DNA from: Negaprion brevirostris
Lineage: Eukaryota
Assembly: GCA_030324005.1 (NCBI GenBank)
Contig: JARDVH010000121.1
Location: 38,021,077 to 38,085,076 of the forward strand
Length of the DNA: 64,000 bases
Direction: 5' to 3'
This document shows positions 27,601-39,600 of the stretch, piece by piece; the first letter of the stretch is position 1; each line of letters starts with the position of its first letter. Both the position numbers and the translations under genes were made by a program. Under the pieces are notes generated by a model that saw only the letters and a list, made by a program, of their open reading frames with translations, did no database searches and had not been told where the DNA came from.

Positions 27601-30600
27601 ACTCATCCAGGCAAGTGGACAATATTCCATCATACACCTGACTTTTGCCTTCCAAGATGAATCACAAGAAATGTAAAACTTGTAATGATCGAACAACAAA
27701 TTAACTATGTAAAGAAACTAACAGCCAGAAGGAGCAGAAGAAATCAGTTTGTCTGACTTCTTGCTTTCAAATTTACAATCTGAATTGTGCTAGGAGCAAA
27801 TCACCACTACATTTTGGCTGGTTTTCTCTCCCCATCACATTGCTTCATCTTTTGGCTCTTGCTGGATAATTTAAGACAGCCATGATTCACCTACGGTTAA
27901 CCCAGTCTCAAATGCCCATTCATCTGTGAAATCACAATGTGTGTTTATGTTAGAAGTTGATTCAGTCACGGGCAAGAATCATCCTTATCTAATGATCAGA
28001 CACGCATACTTCCCGGTGAATTACTTGACAACAATCAGGAGGAAGAAACTTAGTGGATTTTCTGTTTTCTAACCAAGAGGCTGATTATAGTACCAGCCAG
28101 TGATTAGTCAAGTCTGTGTGGCTCCACTATATACTAACATTCCAATCAGCTAGCCTGGAATTCTCAAATGGGGAACTGATTAATAATCTCACTTCCCCAT
28201 TTCACACATCATTTTGTTTAGTTGTGTCTACTCAATCACAACCTTTGGAATATCAAATCTCTCTTAAAATAGCTTCCACTTAACTCTTTAATTTACATTC
28301 TGTAATATTATCAATGTATAGTGTCATCATTGGCATTTTGCACAGTATGCGCGCATCTTATTTCAAATACTTCAAACAAATATACAGATACATTGGAATA
28401 CTAATTAATGTTAAGATTAACGTGAAACTGCCAAGTTTTAAGTTTAATTGCTTTTCATGCCAGTCATCCCTTATGAATTCTGTTTTCTACTGGTGAAATC
28501 AACTGGAGCTGAATTTATCCAATGGTGACAGAGTGCATCTAATGAAGTGAGTAATTTGAAAAGATGCATGCACATAATGTTAAATTGTCAGCATTATACA
28601 AATTCATAAAGCATCAAATTTAATGCATTATATTGTTCTGTATTTCTTCTCCCTTTTCCCAAAAGGATAGTCCACAGCGCCTCCATTTTGACACAACATT
28701 CTCCTTTTATGTTGGTAGGACAAACAGAAATTGTCAATTTGCAAACATATTCTCGTTGTTCAACTCACTAGGAGGTTGGCTACCCTCCCTCTTTTGAGAG
28801 CTCGCTACCTCAAACTCAGAAGTGGATTGGGCATCAGACTTTAGCCAATTATAGTTTCTCACCTAAAATTTGTGGCTCAGTGTTTAGCACTGCTGCCTCA
28901 CTACACCAGGGACCCAGGTTCGAATCCCAGCTTGGGTCAGTCTCTGTGCAGAGTCTGCATGTTCTCCCAGTGTCTGTGTGGGGTTTCCTCCGGACGCTCC
29001 GGTTTCTTTCCACAGTCTGAAAGACATGCTGGTTAGGTGCACTGACCATGCTAAATTCTCCCTCAGTGTACCCGAACAGGTTCCAGAATGTGGCACCTCG
29101 GGGATTTTCACAGTAACTTCTTCACAGTGTTTATGTAAGCCTACTTGTGACACTAATAAATAAAACTAAACTTAATATAGCTACAGAGTCCTTTTTAAAA
29201 ACATTTTTATTCTTGGAAAATGATTTTTTGTTCTAAATGAAAANNNNNNNNNNNNNNNNNNNNNNNNNNNNNNNNNNNNNNNNNNNNNNNNNNNNNNNNN
29301 NNNNNNNNNNNNNNNNNNNNNNNNNNNNNNNNNNNNNNNNNNNCACGGCAATGGGAATTAAAACGCCCTCAGGGATGGACAATGAATGCCGGCCCAACCA
29401 GCGACGCCCACATGAGCGAACAAAGAAAAAAATTACAAATCCTCCTCCTTTCTCAATCTCCCTTTCCTTAAAAAGCTATTTGGTTCTCAGTCCCACCTGT
29501 GCAGCCAGGCCAGCATGTCACACCCGATAAATCGAATCTGATTTAATTCCCTTCTGTTACTCCTTATTCGATCCCGCAGTGAATGACTGAGTACAGTTCC
29601 CCACGCTGCCCATATGGGCTCGATGGTCTTTCTCACACCTTTTGACTTATCATACTTTACACCAGCTTCTTATTATTTCCTATATAAGGACAAGGTTGAC
29701 GTGCTTCGGGAAACCAACGTAGGTCAGTGAGGACAAGAAACTAGCTGGAGGAACGAGCCAGAGAGTTTTTGCATGAACTCAGGGGGGAGGTGAGAGGATA
29801 GAAGGGAGGCAGTGCCTTTGGCAGAGGAATGGTGCAAGTAATGTTTGCACGTGGAGAGAGACTTTCTCCCCCTATTGACCAGACTGGAGTAAAAAGAGAA
29901 TGACAGTGCAGCTCCCAGCCTGACTGAATTTCCCTCTCCCCCCTGCCTGACGCCGGCACAGGTTCTGTGTGAGCAGAGAAGGGGGGACTCACCACCGCCC
30001 CTCTCCCCGCAGCAACCCGAGGTGCCGGCGCTGCTTTACCGAGGCTGTGTGCAGCTGATAGGCTGTCTGCTGCTGGAGGCTGGGCTCCGGCTGCGGTGTG
30101 AATGTCCAGGACGTGTCAATTCGCCACTGTCACAGCAGAGCCGGAGAACCCACAGCACACAGAGAGAGAGAGAGAGCTTTCCCTCCCCTCCCGGAGCCCT
30201 CACTCATCCTCTCCATCCTGACCTCCACCTCCCCAACAACTTTGTACTTTCTGCAGAATGTCCTTCAACGGTGAGTCTGGCCTTTTTGTTTTAATTTCCT
30301 TTCTCTCCCTCTATGCCCCCACCCACCCTGCTGGTAAAACAAAAGATGCTCCTGTTAACAATATCCATCCTTTGCCCCATTCAGAGAGAGTTGCTGCTTA
30401 AGTTTAGTGGCCGTAACTCTGATGAGTGGGGAATATTTAACAAGATGGGGAAAGGTACACACTGTTATTTGGTTAGAAAGCCGGATCCTTGTGCAGGGAC
30501 GGGGGGCTGCAAGTTACTTTGTCCTGCTGAATGTGTGAATTATAATACATGCATACAGACTTAAAAGAACCTGGTGATGATGGAGAGGCACGGGAACTGC

Positions 30601-33600
30601 AGAGATGAAATGAAGCGAGTATGTTTCAGTGTGCTGCTCTGGGGGTGGGTGTGAGGTGAGCTTGGTCCACTGACTTGGTGATGTAAGCGGATTGTGTGTA
30701 CGTGATCTGATTTAAAGGGATTCACAACTTCTTCACTCCTATTTGAGGCGAGAGGTTGACTGCACTGCAGCAGGGGCGCCGCTATCTTTTTATCCTTCGG
30801 TTTGTTTTATGAAAAGATCTTGGATTTCACGCTGTTTGCAATGTTACTTGATTCTGACTGAACGTCCTTATTGCTGCAGCGATGGTCTGAGCTCCTCTTT
30901 CAGAAACCCTTCAGTTTTTTAATCAGAAGGTCACGTAAGGTAAAATCCCTCGTGTTTTTTGGGGGGTGGGGCGGGAGTCAGGCTGAGGGAAGAAGCAGCC
31001 TCAGTTCTGTACAATGAATGAACTTCCAAGTTGCAACTGGAACCATTCACTCGGTTTTTTAAAATTATTTTGCCGGTTAACATGGCTGAATTATTTATTT
31101 TTGGGAGGGGCTGCTTGACTGAAGTCACTTGAATGTACAATCCTCCGGATAAGAGTTAAGCAAAGCCCTGCACACAGGCACTTTCGAGAGGAGAAGAAAT
31201 GTCACATGAACCAATTTCTCCTTTTTTCTTAAACAAAAATTCATTCATGGGATGTAGGTGCCTCTGGCAGGACCAATATTTAGTGTCCATCGCACAGCAA
31301 CTGAATGGCTTAGGATCATAGAATCCTTGCAGTGCAGAAGGAGGCCATTCAGCCCATTGAATGCAATCCCATCCAGGCCCTATCCCGGCAACCCCACATG
31401 CTTACCCTACACGTCCCCCTGATATCGAATGGCAATTTAGCATGGCCAATCAACCTAACCCACACATCTTGGGACTGTGGGAGGAAATCGGAGCACTCGG
31501 AGGAAACCCACGCAGACATGGTGAGAATGTTCAAACTTTACAGAGGCAGGCACCCAAGATGGGAATCAAACCTGGGTCATTGGTGCTGTGAGGCAGCAGT
31601 ACTAGCCCCTGTGCTGTGTCAGAGTTGCCGAGGTGTATAAAATTAGGAAGCAGATGGATAACGTAGCTGGGAAAGAGCTTTTACCCTTAGAGGCATCAAT
31701 AACCAGTGGATATAGGTTTAAGGTAAGGGGCAGAAGAGTTAGAGAGAATTTGATGAAAATATTTTTCACCCAAAAGGTGAACTGAACCATCACAAGATTT
31801 AAGAAGCTTTTCGACGAACACTTGAAACGTCATAGCATACAAGGCTATGGATCAAATGTGGGAAGAAGGGATTAGAATAGATTGGTGTTTGATGGACGGC
31901 ACAGACACAATGAGTCGAAGGACCTCTTTCTGTGTTGTAAAACTTTGACTATTCACCACTTTGCTGTGGCTCTGGAGTCAGGTGTAGGCCAGACCAGGTA
32001 AGGATGGCAGATTTCCTTCCCTAAATTTAGTCAATTTTAAAATTAGCGAACCAGATGAGTTTTTAAACAGTGATCCAATAGTTTTGTAGTCAACATTACT
32101 AATATTAACTTTTTTATTCCAGGTTTTATTGATTAACTTATATGGAGGTCTTGTGATGCAGTGATAGTGTCTCTACCTCTGGGCAAAAAGCTCTGGGTTG
32201 GCGTTCCATGCCAGGAATTATTAAACACAGATGGGATTTCCCTGATAAAGTTCAAAGGACTGATAATGATCCCAGGCATTCTTCCTGAAGAGGGAAAAAG
32301 TGTATTTGGAGGTTAGACTAAGAAAGATTATCCAAGTGAATTTGCAATCCACGGCTGCCGTGCAGGGTCTGAACTCATTTCCTGCCAATCATTAATGCCT
32401 ACTTGAGTAACTTAACCACTGTGCTATCATGCTGTTGAGAGGGCCAGAATACAGGAGCAGGGATGTAGTTCTGAGGCTGTGTAAGGCTCTGGTCAGACTC
32501 CCTTTGGAGTATTGTGAGCAGTTTTGGGCTCTGTATCTGACGAAGGCTGGCCTTGGAATGGATCCGGAGGAGGTTCACAAGAATGATCCCTGGAATGAAG
32601 AGCTTGTCGTATGAGGATGGTTGAGGACTCTGTGTCTGTACTTGTTGGAGTTGGAGTTTAGAAAGATGAGTGGGGATCTTATTGAAACTTACAGGATAGA
32701 GTGGATGTGGAGAGGATGTTTCCACTAGTAGGGAAAACTAGAACCAGAGGGCACACCTCGGGCTAAAGGGACGATCCTTTAAAACAGAGATGAGGGGAAA
32801 TTTCTTCAGCCAGAAAGTGGTGAATTTGTGGAACTCTTTGCCGCAGAAGGCTGTGGAGGCCAGGTCATTGAGTGTCTTTAGGACAGAGATAGATAGGTTC
32901 TTGATTAACAAGGGAATCAGGGGTTATGAGGGAGGGGCTGGAGAATAGGGATGAGAAAAATGATTGAATGGCAGAGTAGACTCAATGGGCTGAGTGGCCT
33001 AATTCTGCTCCTATGTCTTATGGTCTTATGATTTCACTTCTGCAGAAACCTATATTTGGTAAGCAAATCAGGATGCACAGAAACACATTCTCACAGCAAT
33101 ATGTTGTATGTATTTAGACAGATGGCAAGCACAAAATTCCACAAACATTTTTCGAAGCAAAGAGTTAAGATAATTCAAAACCTGTAAAATGTCTTTTTTT
33201 CTTCCTAATCTCTGAATGATGTCAAATTCATTATGATACAAAAATACAGTTCCTGACTTGGCTAATTTTTTCATTTTTTTCCCTCAGACATTATTCAATA
33301 AACAAAGTCAGATTCATTCTTGTAGCTGTTCTACGCTTAGATTTGGTTTTTGTGTGGTGAAATAGCACCAGGTGCTTCTGGTATTCGGAACTCCTTCTAC
33401 AAATAAAAGCAAAAATACCGTGAAGGCTGGACATCTAAAATTAAAACAGAAAATGCTGGTTAAACTCATCAGGTCTGGTAGTCTCTGTAGATTTCCATTG
33501 ATGCTGCCAGGCGTGCTAAGTTTTTCCAGCATTTTCTGCTTTTATTTAATGTTTTCTGGACTATTAGTTCTTCAATCTGCACAGAGCTGTGATATTGTCT

Positions 33601-36600
33601 GTGTATTAAGTAACTTGGTCAAACAGAAGTGTTACTTATAACATGTTTTCTGCAGCCCCTCTTAGAAAATGGTCACATAATTGTGGACCTGCAAAACTGG
33701 AATTAAATTCAAGACCCAAATGAGAATTTATTATCTATGCACTAACCTTCATCTGTAGTGTTTTGTGTGCAAAGGTTCCAGCTATATAATTCCACAAATA
33801 TTAAACTTTAAAATTAACACACTTTAATCATGTATTTTGCAAAAGCATGAGTATTGTATTTACTTCATCTAGCTGTTGAAAATGTTACAGTGTATGTAGG
33901 ATGTAGATTTCAAATGGCACTAAGCACTTTGAAGATGAAAACCTATCCAAGGCTATATTCACAGTGCTTTGCATGTTCAACTAACCTTCCTTTAATGTAA
34001 ATTCAAAGTGCAAAATGCTGCATTAACTTGCCTTGCCCTTAAAATTTGACTAAAGTCCAGGTTTAATTAAATTTGATACGCTTGCAAATAGCAAGGCCAA
34101 GAAAAGTAAGAACAATGGAAGCCAGGGCAATCGGCTTGTTGTTGATGATTTCTAATTTGATCTGTTCCATTCAAACGAAAAATGTCATTTTTAATATGAC
34201 TAAGCCTTTCATTACAATGTATTTTTTCAACACTGTACAAATTTATATTATCTTACAACTAGCCATCAGGTCAAATATGCTGACAGGCTTAGTTGGCATT
34301 ACTTTTGAAATAAGCTAAACTCTGTTTTTGTATTATTTCAAATAATGCACATCGTGGTATAGTAAGTAAAGCTTTTGTTCATGCTCATATGGGACTTAAT
34401 TTTCTCTCTAAATGTAAATCTCCCCCGAGTGCAATCCTCTGGTGCTCGCTAGTGGATGGACTTAAAATTTCTTTTCCAATCCTGTACATTTTTATTCATG
34501 GTGAAATACATTTCCACAACAGCTGTCAGTCCTCGGGTACTTCATCCAAGAGTCCATTTTTTTATCTGTGAGCACCTTCACTCAGGGTCAACAAGCTTAT
34601 TTGTCATCAGGGTTTGCAAATCTCGTTTTATCCTCAGTCATTTGTTATGCACATACCTGTCAGTTAGACATTTTGAGCCCACATTAAATGGTCTGTCAGG
34701 TACAATGGTTCTGCTCACTTTCTTATCTGCTCTGAGTGTTAGGGGTGTGACCATACTCCCCAATCTCTTACCTCATTTGGTGAACTGAATTGGTTGCTGG
34801 CTGAAGGAGTCCGGGAAGGTGGGGGATGTGGCGGGTGGGGGGGTGCAAACATAAGGAAGGGTGAGCAATGGCTGACTCCAGTTCATGGATTTAAAATGGA
34901 GTTGGGAGGAGCCTTCCCACTTCATCTGATTCCACGACAAGTCAAGAAATATTCAAAACCAACCCAGGAAACTTACCTTTTAGATGGCAGCCTCCAACAA
35001 TTTCTTAAAAGATTGGAAATTTGGCTGCTCAGCCCTTGATAAAATTGTAGCACTGACTTTGTGTACTGTTACCAATTGCAAACCAATTTTTCAAAGGGTC
35101 ACATAAGGACAACCAATCCAATGGGACTTTCCAGAGGGCCTGCTCCTGACAATGCCTGGAAGGCACAGGGCTGTGCCAAGATGCAATGCCAGGGCACAGC
35201 CCAGGCATGTTTTTCTCCCACTGAGGGCAATACTTACCTTTGCAACCTTGCTGAGTTCCCACAACTGCTTCTAGTTTTTAAAAAACTTCATAGAATCAAC
35301 AGAGCAGAAGAATGCCATTCAGCCCATCGAGTCCAAACTTACCACANNNNNNNNNNNNNNNNNNNNNNNNNNNNNNNNNNNNNNNNNNNNNNNNNNNNNN
35401 NNNNNNNNNNNNNNNNNNNNNNNNNNNNNNNNNNNNNNNNNNNNNNTTCAGCCCATCGAGTCCAAACTTACCACAATCCCACCCAGGCCCTATTCCCATG
35501 ACCTCACACATTTTTGCCTGCTAACCCTCTGACCCCAAGTGGTAATTTAGCATAGCCAATCAACCTAACTCCTACACCTTTGGACTGTGGGAGGAAACCC
35601 ATGCAGACATGGGGAGGATGTGCAAACTCCACACTGACAGTGACTCGAAGCTAGCATTGAACCCAGGTCCCTGGCGCTGTGAGGCCACTAAACACTATAC
35701 CACTGTGCTGCCCCTTGTTACAAACATGATGTCACATCGGCGAGGAATGAATATTTAGTGAGGGGGGGAGCATATTGTGGGGAGGTCCTCTTATTATATT
35801 TAAATTTATTCAAGTGTATTGTAACCGAGAACTTTGTCATGTCATCGGCAGCGGGGGGTATGGAAAATCAAAAAATGAGATCTCATCAGCAAGATCTGCA
35901 ATGAACAGAGACTGAGTTAAATTCTTTTTTTACATTTGCTGTTCTTATCTTAATCTGCAATGAGTTTGTGTGCGAAAGACAGTGTGAGTGAGAGTGACTG
36001 AGCCATCATTTTCTTTATTTAACCATCAGGATAAGGGTGTGAAAAATAAACTAAAACCTTTTCCTTTCCTCATACAAAAAGTTTACTGCTAGCTTATTTA
36101 AAATTGACTCCCTCAATTCAAGGCTAAGAAATGTGCACATTGTCACGGATCTGCCAATAGCAGCAAGAACAAGAACTTAACAAGGAAAGATAGGATATGA
36201 TCTGTCCAGTAGATCAGTAAAAAGCTGCTTAGCAGCAACAGTGTCCAGTGTTCAAAGGGGATCATGCGATATGGCCTTTCCTAGTCATGAGAGTAGCAGG
36301 CATCCAGGGCAGAGCCCAGGCATGTTTTTGTCCCCCTGAGGGCTACACTTATCTTTGCAACCCTGGTGATTTCCCTCAACTGCTTCTAGTTTTTAAAAAA
36401 CTTCATAACATCATAGAATCAACAGTTACCAGAGAATCAGGTATTATCATTAGGAAGCAGCTTACCTCAATGAGAGTTCACTGGATGTCTGTAGATGATA
36501 ATTTCGAGTCACAAAATGTAAGCAATGCAGACAGCCCAAATGCACAGAAGAGAGAATCAAAGAGGGACCAGGGTATAACTGCCGACACCTACAGAAGCTG

Positions 36601-39600
36601 GTTGGCATTGTAACATGTAAGAGCTGACAGGCCAGTTTAACATCTCACAGCTGAGAGGGCATTTTTATATGTAAGAAATCTTCGAATCACAGAATCCCTA
36701 CAGTACAGAAGGAGGCCATTCAGCACATCAAGNNNNNNNNNNGTGGTAGATTTGTCTTAGTATCATCACATGTATTAGTATACAATGAGAAGTATTGATT
36801 GTAGAATCATAGAACCCTATAGTGCAGAAAGAGACCCTTCGGCCCATCGAGTCTGCACCAAACACAATCCCACCTAGGCCCTACCCCCATATCATACCCA
36901 CTAATCCCTCTAACCTGTGCATCCCTGGGCACTAAGGGGCAATTTCTTAACATGGCCAATCAACCTAACCTGCACATCTTTGGACTGTGGGAGGAAACCG
37001 GAGCACCCTGAGGAAACCCACGCAGACCCACAGGGAGAATATGCAAACTCCACACAGACAGTGACCCAAGGCCAGAATTGAACCTGGGACCCTGGCGCTG
37101 TGAGGCAGCAGTGCTAACCACAATGCCACCTGGAACCAAGATAGTGAAGAAATGTTTGTAAAGGTAGTTTAAATTTATCTGCTGGACCAGGAAAAGATGT
37201 TTCCCATACTTGACCATCCGTCTTGTATTGTGTGGTAACTATAAACTGAATTTGACTTTTAGATTGATTTAATCTGGATGTTGTTTCAGAATGAGGAAGT
37301 ATTAAGGAGTTCAGGGATTGCAGGTATATCTTGGACTGAGGAATAATTTCTGTGTAATGTGTGGGTGTGTTTAGTAATTTATATATTTAATTGTCTTTGA
37401 GTACTGCAGTCCTGTTTGAGTGTATTTATCTTTACTTTAATTTAGTAAACAGTCTTTAGTAATCGTTGCATGATGACTGGGCTGGTTATTCTCACAGGGG
37501 TTTTCACGTGACCCCTCACACCATTCCAGAAACAAAACCATAGACCACTACGAACTAATGTTTCACGTTGAGACACCCCCCGCAGAACCTCCGTGTGGTT
37601 CATGACAATATCCACAACAAAAAGTAACACCTTCCAATTGTCCATGATAGTACGAATACACATACATGATACGAAACATGAATGCATAAATGAGTTCATA
37701 TTTGCCCTGATGCTCCTATTTGTTGATATTTGATACATTTTATTGAAATATGAATATAACATATTACATAAAGTTTATTTATTAATGTCACAAGTAAGGC
37801 TTACATTAACACTACAATGAAGTTACTGTGAAAATCCCCTAGTCGCCACACTCCAGCGCCTGTTCAGGTACACTGAGGGCGAATTTAGCACGGCCAATGC
37901 ACCTACTCAGCACATCTTTCAGACTGTGGGGGGAAACCGGAACACCCGGAGTAAACTCATGTCGACGCAGGGAGAACGTGCAAACTCCACACAGACAGTA
38001 ACCCATGCTGAGAATCAAACGCAGGTCCCTGGCCCTGTGTGGCAGCAGCGCTAACCACTGTGCCAGAATGAATCAGGGAAGCAAACTCTAAAATGTACTG
38101 TTTGTATGACCTAACTTGCCATGCACACACTTATAAATACTAAATGATGCAAAATTACTGGAGTTAGGGAGTTATATAAATTTTGTGCAAAACCTATCTT
38201 TTCAATCACATTTTCAGTCAGCCCCCTCTTGACAATTTTAGAAATGCAGCTTTCTTTAAGATTAAACCAGGCCTTGCTTCTGGTTTAAAGCCTGTACTTA
38301 GGAGCTTTGAAGCCTGTACTTAGGAGCTGGATTTTTCTCCCAGTGAAGGGGTGGTTTCTGGACAGGGAGATGATCCAGAAGGGAAGAATGGTGACAAGTG
38401 TTTGTACTAGTGGAAGGAAAGGAAAATTATTAGGGAGAAGGAGGTTCTGAGGGACACTGGAGAGTTGAACTGTGTCTGTTTCAATGCCAGGAGTGTGACA
38501 GGGAAAACGGATGAGATTAGGGCCTNNNNNNNNNNNNNNNNNNNNNNNNNNNNNNNNNNNNNNNNNNNNNNNNNNNNNNNNNNNNNNNNNNNNNNNNNNN
38601 NNNNNNNNNNNNNNNNNNNNNNNNNNNNNNNNNNNNNNNNNNNNNNNNNNNNNNNNNNNNNNNNNNNNNNNNNNNNNNNNNNNNNNNNNNNNNNNNNNNN
38701 NNNNNNNNNNNNNNNNNNNNNNNNNNNNNNNNNNNNNNNNNNNNNNNNNNNNNNNNNNNNNNNNNNNNNNNNNNNNNNNNNNNNNNNNNNNNNNNNNNNN
38801 NNNNNNNNNNNNNNNNNNNNNNNNNNNNNNNNNNNNNNNNNNNNNNNNNNNNNNNNNNNNNNNNNNNNNNNNNNNNNNNNNNNNNNNNNNNNNNNNNNNN
38901 NNNNNNNNNNNNNNNNNNNNNNNNNNNNNNNNNNNNNNNNNNNNNNNNNNNNNNNNNNNNNNNNNNNNNNNNNNNNNNNATGATCTTATTGAATGGCGGG
39001 GCAGGCTTGAAGGGCTAGATGGCCTACTCCTGCTCCTATTTCTTATGTTCTTATGAACCATTGTGCCACCATGTCACCAATGGAGCACTTTTCTGACTTC
39101 AGAATACCCCAAAACTTTTTAGAGTCAACTAACTACTTTTGAAGTGTTCTCACCATTGAATTGCAAGAAGTCCAGCGGCCAATTTGCACACAGCAAGATC
39201 CCACATACATTGACACAGAAAGAACATGTTCCAGTTTATGTTGGCTGAGAGCTAAATATGGGCTAATAGAATGGGGGGAACCTCCCTGCTCTTCTTCGAA
39301 TAGCGCCATAAGCAGCAGCAGTAGTAGAAACAACACAAGAAGCAGCAGCAACAGCTTCCTTCTACTCAGGTAAGAGGTGATGGATATGGTGATTTAGAAA
39401 GCAAGGCCCGGAAAACAGAGCTTAGAGGCAAAGGATCAGCTCCCTTGATGTGTCTGAGCACCAGTGACTCCAGAAGCTCAGGCACTCACAGTCAGACTCT
39501 GCCGATATCTGCACTGTCATGGGACAAGGCCTCCATCTCAGTGGGAGTGCATTTCTAGTGGCTGATAAGATGCCTGTCATTTGAAGGTCATCCTTGCCCC

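Noticed and set aside
33046-33058. Plus-strand 13-nt micro-exon-like ctgcag|AAACCTATATTTG|gtaagc
   Set aside because: Abuts a LINE tail, gives no recognisable peptide; compatible with chance.
39133-39373. Poly-Ser / poly-Leu ORFs
   Set aside because: Produced by a short degenerate (AGC)n tract next to a SINE fragment.
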